Assembly (NCBI GenBank): GCA_964625085.1
Contig: CAZVAJ010000010.1
Location: 1 to 31,454, forward strand
Direction: 5' to 3'
DNA: 31,454 nt
Origin: Candidatus Micrarchaeota archaeon
Lineage (GTDB): Archaea > B1Sed10-29 > JAJSAI01
The notes beneath the pieces are model-generated. The model was given only the letters and a program-made list of their open reading frames with translations, had not been told where the DNA came from and ran no database searches. The translations under genes and the position numbers were made by a program. This document shows positions 25,127-31,454 of this stretch, one piece after another (position 1 is the stretch's first letter; the number at the start of each line of letters is the position of its first letter).

Positions 25127-26155
25127 ATGGGAGTGGCAATAGAGGACATCATCCCAAAACAAGAGATAGAACTGGCCAGCCTTAGAGGAAAAAAGGTTGC
25201 AGTAGACGCATATAACGCACTGTACCAGTTTTTGAGTATAATAAGGCAACCTGATGGCACGCCCCTCATGGACTCTGCCGGCAGGATAACCTCTCACTTG
25301 AGCGGATTGTTCTACAGGAACGCTAAACTACTTGAAGAAGGAATCTTACCAGCATATGTTTTTGACGGTAGACCAAGTGAACTGAAGGCGGAAACAGTGG
25401 CAGAGAGAAAAGAAACGCGGAAAAAAGCACGGGAAGAATGGGAAGCGGCTGTTGAAAAAGGAGATTTTGAAACAGCACGGAAACGCGCTCAAGCTGCGGT
25501 AAGCCTAGACGAACATGTTCTGAACAGCTCTATTAGGCTACTTCATGCGATGGGGATTCCAGTAGTACAGTCTCCTGAAGAAGGAGAAGCTCAAGCATCG
25601 TTCATGGCAGAAAAGGAAGATGTTTACTGTGTTGCTTCACAAGACTATGACTGTCTTCTTTTCGGAGCCCCTGTCCTAGTGAGAAACATTAACTTGACAG
25701 GAAGAAGAAAACTTCCTGGAAAAAAGGTGTATGTAACCATACACCCTGAGATCATAATCCTTGAAAACGTATTAAGCAAAAACCAAATAACTAGGGAACA
25801 GCTTGTGGAGATAGGGATCCTCATCGGCACGGACTACAATCAAGGGATAAAAGGGATCGGTCCAAAAAAAGCACTTGCCCTTGTAAAACAGGGAAAAAAA
25901 GCGGAAGAAGTATACAAGGATAAAGGTATCAGTCCAGAAGTAGACCTTGAACAGGTCAGAGAAGTATTTCTAAAACCAAACGTGACCAAAAGATACTCTC
26001 TTGAATGGAAAGACCCTGACCCGAAGAAGATCAAAAAGATTTTAGTGGAAGAGCATGACTTTTCTGAAGAGAGGATAGAAAAAACATTAAACCTCTTGCA
26101 AGAGAAATCAGCTACTGCAAGAGAGCAGTCAAGCATAACGAGGTGGTTCAGTTGA
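25127..26155 (+). CDS. fen: Flap endonuclease 1
   Basis: VDAYNALYQFLSIIRQPDGTPL, EGEAQ, SQDYD, GTDYN, C-terminal PIP box QSSITRWF. Confidence 0.97.
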   Translation: MGVAIEDIIPKQEIELASLRGKKVAVDAYNALYQFLSIIRQPDGTPLMDSAGRITSHLSGLFYRNAKLLEEGILPAYVFDGRPSELKAETVAERKETRKKAREEWEAAVEKGDFETARKRAQAAVSLDEHVLNSSIRLLHAMGIPVVQSPEEGEAQASFMAEKEDVYCVASQDYDCLLFGAPVLVRNINLTGRRKLPGKKVYVTIHPEIIILENVLSKNQITREQLVEIGILIGTDYNQGIKGIGPKKALALVKQGKKAEEVYKDKGISPEVDLEQVREVFLKPNVTKRYSLEWKDPDPKKIKKILVEEHDFSEERIEKTLNLLQEKSATAREQSSITRWFS

Positions 26156-26655
26156 ACGCGGAAGTTATAAAGGCGATAGAAGAAGAAGACTCAAGAAAAC
26201 TAAGGGAAATAAGCGAAAGGGTATTTGACAAAGCAGTACTAGACCAAAACAAACAGGAAGTTGAAAGAGCAATATTATACTACGCAGTTTCAAAAATCCT
26301 GGGAAAAGTCCACTTCAAAAAAGAGAAACAATGGGAAACATTCAAGAGCAAACTCATAGAATATCTTGAACAGAAAAAGGACATCCCAGAAATCCTTAAA
26401 CACGTCACAGAATTTGACAGAGAATACGGAAACTATCTGGGTAACGTAGTGCAAAAGGCGAGAATGAAGTACGCGAGCACAGCATACGCATTTGGACTGT
26501 CTTTAAGCACGGCCTGCGAACTAACCGGTGCAGACTTGACAGAAGTATCAGCGTACGTGGGGCAAACAAAAATACATGAAAAACCTTTTACCCAAACAAG
26601 AAGCGTGCGTGAAAGGCTTAAGAATGCCAGAAAACTTTTGGAGGAGGAATCATGA
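26143..26655 (+). CDS. Hypothetical protein with UPF0175-like HTH segment
   Basis: AYAFGLSLSTACELTGADLTEV resembles the UPF0175 HTH; overlaps both neighbouring genes. Confidence 0.6.
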   Translation: MVQLNAEVIKAIEEEDSRKLREISERVFDKAVLDQNKQEVERAILYYAVSKILGKVHFKKEKQWETFKSKLIEYLEQKKDIPEILKHVTEFDREYGNYLGNVVQKARMKYASTAYAFGLSLSTACELTGADLTEVSAYVGQTKIHEKPFTQTRSVRERLKNARKLLEEES

Positions 26656-27287
26656 GAGTTTACTGTGACGCAAGTTCTTTGGTTAGCTTGTCATCAAGCT
26701 GTCTTCTTAACGTGTTGAAAATGTTTCCTAAAACAGAGTTCATAATCCCGAAAAGTGTTTACAAGGAAGCAATTTCAGCTGCTGAAGGGATCAGAAAATT
26801 CAAATGGAACGGCCTCAGAATAAAAGAACTTGTTGATGATAACATTCTGAAAGTGTCAGAAGCATTACCCGAAGCACAGGAATTCATGAACCTGTCAAAC
26901 AACCTATTCATCCACAAGAACAAGGGTCTGAAGATAATTCATCTTGGAGAAGCCGAATGCGTAGGAGGACTAATGAGAGACAAGAAAGGATTGCTCCTGG
27001 TGGATGAAAGGAATACTCGGATGATTATAGAAGCACCAGAAAAATTGCACGAGTACCTGACGAACAAGCTTGGAAAGGATATAAAGATAAACGAGCACAA
27101 TCTGGCAGCACTGAAGGACAAGGTTGGATGGATACCAATAATAAGGTCAACAGAATTGCTCGCGCTGGCGTATTCCCTCGGATTTGCAAGGAATGAAGAA
27201 GAGCTTGAAGCTGCTTTGTTTTCGCTGAAGTACGCAGGATGTTCCATAACATTTGAAGAGATAGAGGAATACATAAGGATACTGTGA
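26652..27287 (+). CDS. PIN-domain protein (DUF3368/COG2405-like)
   Basis: VYCDASSLV, IPKSVYKE, HLGEAE and LLVDERNTR carry the PIN acidic residues. Confidence 0.8.
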   Translation: MRVYCDASSLVSLSSSCLLNVLKMFPKTEFIIPKSVYKEAISAAEGIRKFKWNGLRIKELVDDNILKVSEALPEAQEFMNLSNNLFIHKNKGLKIIHLGEAECVGGLMRDKKGLLLVDERNTRMIIEAPEKLHEYLTNKLGKDIKINEHNLAALKDKVGWIPIIRSTELLALAYSLGFARNEEELEAALFSLKYAGCSITFEEIEEYIRIL

Positions 27288-27943
27288 GAAAGATGAGTAT
27301 CTCAGTAGGAATAGTGGAGCCAGAATTCCCAGAGAACACGGGGTCTATCGCAAGGATTATGGCAAATCTTGGATACCACGACCTAAGGATCCTGAACCCC
27401 TCTTTCAATATCTTGTCCGACGATGTAAGACGTTCTGCAAAACACGCGCAAAAAATCATAGAAAAAGCAAGGGTGTTCAACTCTTTTGAATCAATGACAC
27501 GCGGGTTTGATATGATTATAGGCACTACTGGAAAGAAAAGGAAAGGCATGACAAGCATGCCTCCTGAAAAAGCCAAAAACAAGATAAGCGGAAAGACACT
27601 GGTGCTCTTTGGAAGAGAAGGAACGGGTTTACTAAACGAAGAACTTAAAGCATGTGACCTGATTATAACAATCCCTGCATCAAAAGAGTATCCCGTACTA
27701 AACTTATCCCATGCTGCAGCAATAATCTTGTACACCCTAAGAGGTACAGTAAACGCAAAGAAAGAGGACAGCTTAGGAGTAGAAAAAAGTTTTAACAATC
27801 TTGTTGAAGCTATGAACATAAAAAACAAAGACCGGGCAGAGAAAGCTTTCAAACGCCTCCTAATGTGCCCTGGGCTCAGTAAACAGGACATGAATATCCT
27901 GGCAGGAGTGTTTTCAGAATGCAAAAAGAGAATAAACCGCTAA
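27284..27943 (+). CDS. trmJ: SPOUT RNA methyltransferase, TrmJ/TrmH group
   Basis: VEPEFPENTGSIARIMAN, LFGREGTGL, YPVLNLSHA. Confidence 0.88.
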   Translation: MRKMSISVGIVEPEFPENTGSIARIMANLGYHDLRILNPSFNILSDDVRRSAKHAQKIIEKARVFNSFESMTRGFDMIIGTTGKKRKGMTSMPPEKAKNKISGKTLVLFGREGTGLLNEELKACDLIITIPASKEYPVLNLSHAAAIILYTLRGTVNAKKEDSLGVEKSFNNLVEAMNIKNKDRAEKAFKRLLMCPGLSKQDMNILAGVFSECKKRINR

Positions 27944-28632
27944 ACCTAGAAGAAATGCTCAGGTTCCTTTTCGTTCTCGCTTTGTTCGGAGCCCTGCTAG
28001 CAGCCCTGACAACCACGCGCCCGGACATGACAGTGTTACAGAGAGAGGTTGGCAGGCACACTGTGTTTGTGCTTAATGTTATGGGAGCAAGGTCAGAACT
28101 AGAGGAAGTGTACGTAAGAGTTCCTGACCAGGTCACGAATAAGCCAGAAGTCCTCCGAAAACTCAGGGGGCTTGGGCTTGCTGAAAAACAGTCCGAATTT
28201 GGCACGGCCGAATACGCTGCTCATTTGCATCCTGACCTTGAAAAGATAGTGACAGAGTATGTGTCAAACCTGCAGAAAAACGGAGAACCTGTATTCTTAT
28301 CCAAATCTGTCGTGTCCTTATCAGACAAAAATTTTGATGTTGAAATAATTCCAGAATGCACCGGGCTCTTCGGGTTCATGGCAATAAGTGCTCTGATAAT
28401 AGGTTATCCCAGAGCAAGCTGGAGGAAAAAAGGCATAGGGGTATTAGTAGCACTGCCCCTGATGCACGTGGTAAACGTGCTTAGGCTCTCAACAAGCATC
28501 TACTCAGCATATTCTGCAGGAGTAAGCACGTTCTATTTTACTCATGACATCCTGTGGAAAACTGTACTACTGGCATTCGCGTTCATATTCTGGATTATTT
28601 GGATAAAGTGGATTGTCCAAGAGAAGGTTTAA
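27919..28632 (+). CDS. Exosortase/archaeosortase-family protein
   Basis: IIPECTG (Cys), NVLR (Arg) and THD (His) in TM context. Confidence 0.82.
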   Translation: MQKENKPLNLEEMLRFLFVLALFGALLAALTTTRPDMTVLQREVGRHTVFVLNVMGARSELEEVYVRVPDQVTNKPEVLRKLRGLGLAEKQSEFGTAEYAAHLHPDLEKIVTEYVSNLQKNGEPVFLSKSVVSLSDKNFDVEIIPECTGLFGFMAISALIIGYPRASWRKKGIGVLVALPLMHVVNVLRLSTSIYSAYSAGVSTFYFTHDILWKTVLLAFAFIFWIIWIKWIVQEKV

Positions 28633-28657
28633 AATAATCTGCGCCGTTAGTGAGACC

Positions 28658-30388
28658 ATGCCAAAGAAGAAAGAGAATGTAAAAGAGCTCCTTAGGAAGA
28701 GCATGCTTGACCTCGAAACAGCAGGCTCAGCAAGACCTGAAAAAGATTATGAGGTGGCTACTCAAGAGCAATTAAGGGAGCTTATAGAGATTGCACTGAG
28801 GCAGAATAAGCGGATTGCTGAAAGGATCGATTACCTTACTGAAGTTCTAAAAGAAGCAGTAACTCCAGAGGAAGAGCCAAACCAGCTTCTCCTTGCGCTT
28901 GGAAAAAGCCAGGTCGAAGCATTAGAAGAGCTTGAGAATATGAAGAAGAAGCTGGAGGAAAATGAGAAGATCCTCAAAAAAGAGCGGGCTGCAATTGCTA
29001 CAGAACGGATGAAGACACTGCTTGAATACGAGAAAACCCTCAAAGCAGTCAGAACAGAACAAGCCAAACAGCTTGCTGAACTGGAAAAGCAAATTTCTGC
29101 AGTAAAAGAGCAGTTATCCAAACTACCCTACGGGGAACAAATCTCCCGGCTACTAAAGAAAGTGGAAGAAATAGATGAAGAAGTGGACATTCTTTCTGAA
29201 ATGATATCACAGGATCCAGAACAGGTCAATGCAAGAATAGCTATCTTAAAACAGGAGATTGACGAATTCAAAAGAGAAGTAAGAGCACAGGAGAAAAAAA
29301 CAAGAGAAGAGATCACAAAAAAAGTGCTCGAATACGTTAAAAAACATGCAGAAGAAACAGATAAAAGAATAGCCAAGATGCAAAAAGAAGAACTGGTTAA
29401 ATTACTCTCAGAACAAAAGAAGGATGTTACTCTTCTTCAGAACAAACTTGAAGCAATAGAAAAAGAACTGAAGAATTATGAAGAGATAAGTTCAAAAGAA
29501 CCGGAAGAAACAGCAGCCCTTATTGCATCGCTAAAACAGGAGATAGACGACCTAAAAAGAAGAATGCAAGAAACAGAAGAAAAGAAAAGCAAGGCCCTGG
29601 TTTCAGAGTTTGATGAAAAACTGAAAGAACTAGAAAAACAACTGACAGCAATTCAACAAGAAAACAAAAGCAAACCGGAGCAACAGGCCCTGATCAAAAC
29701 ACTTGAGAAAAAGATTGGGGAAATTGATCAAAACATGAAAGATTACGAAGAACTTATGTCATTAGAACCTGAAAAGACGAAGTACTTGATATCTAAACTA
29801 AAAGAGGACCTTGACAGGATTTACAAGAAAATTGAAACAGTTGACACTAAGAGCAATGCAGAAAAGATCAACGAAATTGAAGCAAAGGTGAATACATTAT
29901 CAACACGGATAGAGGGCATAGAAAAGGCAGTAAATGACAAGGTAACTGAGAATATACTCAAAATGAAGGAAGAAGAATCTGAAAAAATAGAAAGCGTGCT
30001 GGCAGAATTATCCGAAATAAAAAAGATGCTTGCAGCACTGCCTAAAGAAGCATTCACGCAAGGAAGCGATTCTGACCTTGTAAATAAAAGGATAAATCTT
30101 CTAGAACAAAAAGTCGCAGAGATAGAACATCCTCCTTCCAAAGAGACAATATCAAACGAGATCCAGAAGATAAAAGAAAAAGTAGTAGAAGACCCTGAAC
30201 AAAAGGTGCTGGAGGTACTCTCAGGCATGGAAAAAGGGGAAGAAATCCTGCTTAGCAGTCTGGCTGAGAAAACTGGCCTTCCTCAAAAAGAAGTTGAAAA
30301 AATAGTTTCTAACTTTCAGGGATTCAGGATATTAGAAACAGATGACATGATGGACGCGCTGCTGGGCAAGAGAGTAAAAAAATTGTAA
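28658..30388 (+). CDS. Long coiled-coil protein with three internal repeats and a C-terminal wHTH-like domain
   Basis: K/E-rich heptads; ATG at 28658 after TTTAAAATA; C-terminal EQKVLEVL...LSSLAEKTGLPQKEVEKIV. Confidence 0.8.
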   Translation: MPKKKENVKELLRKSMLDLETAGSARPEKDYEVATQEQLRELIEIALRQNKRIAERIDYLTEVLKEAVTPEEEPNQLLLALGKSQVEALEELENMKKKLEENEKILKKERAAIATERMKTLLEYEKTLKAVRTEQAKQLAELEKQISAVKEQLSKLPYGEQISRLLKKVEEIDEEVDILSEMISQDPEQVNARIAILKQEIDEFKREVRAQEKKTREEITKKVLEYVKKHAEETDKRIAKMQKEELVKLLSEQKKDVTLLQNKLEAIEKELKNYEEISSKEPEETAALIASLKQEIDDLKRRMQETEEKKSKALVSEFDEKLKELEKQLTAIQQENKSKPEQQALIKTLEKKIGEIDQNMKDYEELMSLEPEKTKYLISKLKEDLDRIYKKIETVDTKSNAEKINEIEAKVNTLSTRIEGIEKAVNDKVTENILKMKEEESEKIESVLAELSEIKKMLAALPKEAFTQGSDSDLVNKRINLLEQKVAEIEHPPSKETISNEIQKIKEKVVEDPEQKVLEVLSGMEKGEEILLSSLAEKTGLPQKEVEKIVSNFQGFRILETDDMMDALLGKRVKKL

Positions 30389-30455
30389 AAACCTAACGAA
30401 ACATTTATAAATGCAGGATTAGTTGTTCATACTAACCAATGGAGGTGTAAAAAAG

Positions 30456-30860
30456 ATGAGAAAAGGAATATCTCCTGTAGTAGCTGTGGTTTTATTGATA
30501 GCCATAGCAGTAATAGCAGCAGTAGCTGTGTGGTTCTGGGTAGGACCTCTGACACAAAAGCCAGCAATAACAACAGCATCACAGAACCAGCTGGTGGTAG
30601 AACAGTGTGACACAACAAACGGCAAAGTCAAGATCAGAAACGCAGGTGCACTGACAATAAGTGCAGTTGACAGTTCAGATCACTTCAGAGTATACCAGCA
30701 CGGAAGCTCCACACAAATAGGATACATCAACATGACACAACTCAGCTCAGGAGAAACTGCATGGATGGACTTTGTGAACACCACTGCAACATCATTAACT
30801 GCAGGCGAACAATACGACATAGAAGAAAACAAGTACTCAACAGTAACCTTTACTTGCTGA
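30456..30860 (+). CDS. Archaeal type IV pilin (class III signal peptide)
   Basis: MRKG/ISPVVAVVLLIAIAVIAAV prepilin cleavage motif; GGAGGTG Shine-Dalgarno; two Cys. Confidence 0.9.
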   Translation: MRKGISPVVAVVLLIAIAVIAAVAVWFWVGPLTQKPAITTASQNQLVVEQCDTTNGKVKIRNAGALTISAVDSSDHFRVYQHGSSTQIGYINMTQLSSGETAWMDFVNTTATSLTAGEQYDIEENKYSTVTFTC

Positions 30861-30884
30861 GAAAAGCAAGAACTGTTTTAAAAC

Positions 30885-30970
30885 CCCCTATTTTTCTCTT
30901 TTTGTTGTTTTTAACTCATTTTAGAGCTAATGCTATTTTTCAAAGAAAAAAGGAGGAGAATGAGGGGGGA
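30885..30970. terminator. Probable oligo-T terminators of the convergent genes
   Basis: T-rich tract after the pilin gene on plus, and a purine tract (T/C-rich on minus) after the wHTH gene. Confidence 0.4.
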
Positions 30971-30998
30971 CAGGGGAATGGCTGGACTGAGAATCCCC

Positions 30999-31418
30999 TC
31001 ACTCGTGGTACAGAATTTTCTTGCCTGCCCTTGTCTTTTTAAGGAGCCCGCGCGCGTAGAGGCTGTTGAGCCTTGCGGAGGCAGCGTTTTTGCCCTTGTA
31101 TCCAAACCTCTTTCGCACCTGTTCTGCATCAACTTTGCCTTTTGCCCTAACGAACTTGAGCAGGGCAGAGTCAACGTCTGACAGGACTATCTCCTTTCGG
31201 GTGTCCAACTGAGGTGAAGAAAGCTGGGTAGAAATTTTATCCAGCTTGCTCAGGATCTCCTTAAAGAGCATGTTTGTTTGTTCTCTTTCCCTCGCGAGCC
31301 TGTACAACATCAGGCCCAAAGCAGCGGGGTCTTTAAATTGTTCTTTATCGTACTTAAAGTCGAACACCAGCTTTTCAAAGTCCTTGTCAGCAGGGCTGGC
31401 AGGCAGTCTTTCTGTCAT
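30999..31418 (-). CDS. Coiled-coil plus winged-HTH protein
   Basis: LSDVDSALLKFV...VDAEQVRKRFGYKGKNAASARLNSLYARGLLKKTRAGKKILY; probable ATG at 31418. Confidence 0.75.
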   Translation of the reverse strand: MTERLPASPADKDFEKLVFDFKYDKEQFKDPAALGLMLYRLAREREQTNMLFKEILSKLDKISTQLSSPQLDTRKEIVLSDVDSALLKFVRAKGKVDAEQVRKRFGYKGKNAASARLNSLYARGLLKKTRAGKKILYHE

Positions 31419-31433
31419 GATTCTATCATGACA
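31413..31433. promoter_or_regulatory. Perfect inverted repeat TGTCATGAT-tct-ATCATGACA over the start of the wHTH gene
   Basis: 9-bp arms with a 3-nt spacer, just downstream (minus strand) of TTTAAAT at ~31441-31447. Confidence 0.45.
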
Positions 31434-31454
31434 CAATCATATTTAAATGTTTCT

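Noticed and set aside
28658..30388. SMC/Rad50 assignment for the coiled-coil protein
   Set aside because: No Walker A/B, signature motif, hinge or CxxC hook.
1..31454. CRISPR arrays, rRNA, IS elements, alternative genetic code
   Set aside because: No regularly spaced repeats, rRNA motifs or transposases were noticed by eye; conserved genes are intact under the standard code and use all three stops.

Overview
Archaeal chromosomal window, gene-dense with TATA-type promoters; a DPANN-like, reduced-genome lineage is my inference from gene content, not proven. It holds about 43 CDS. These include archaeal SAM synthetase, AlaX-M, a PUA protein, HIT, DUF2070, three glycosyltransferases, an ArcE/COG2403 NTPase, Hsp20, aMBF1, a site-2 protease, FtsZ2, FEN1, TrmJ, an archaeosortase-like protein and a type IV pilin. 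Three RNA genes are absent from the ORF track: RNase P RNA (~767-1031), tRNA-Ile(GAU) (3097-3174, minus) and SRP RNA (~23430-23700). Most notable: (i) the SRP RNA appears to lack helix 6 and runs almost directly into two tandem exported Lon-type (S16) protease genes; (ii) the RNase P RNA is type-M-like but seems to keep P8; (iii) two genes appear to start at CUG codons at or next to the upstream stop; (iv) there are two atypical histone-fold proteins, one coupled to a CdpB-like PRC-barrel gene; (v) a probable arginine synthetase; (vi) a ~576-aa coiled-coil protein with three internal repeats. No CRISPR array, rRNA, transposase or integrase was seen. All family calls come from motif recognition by eye; no database searches were run.
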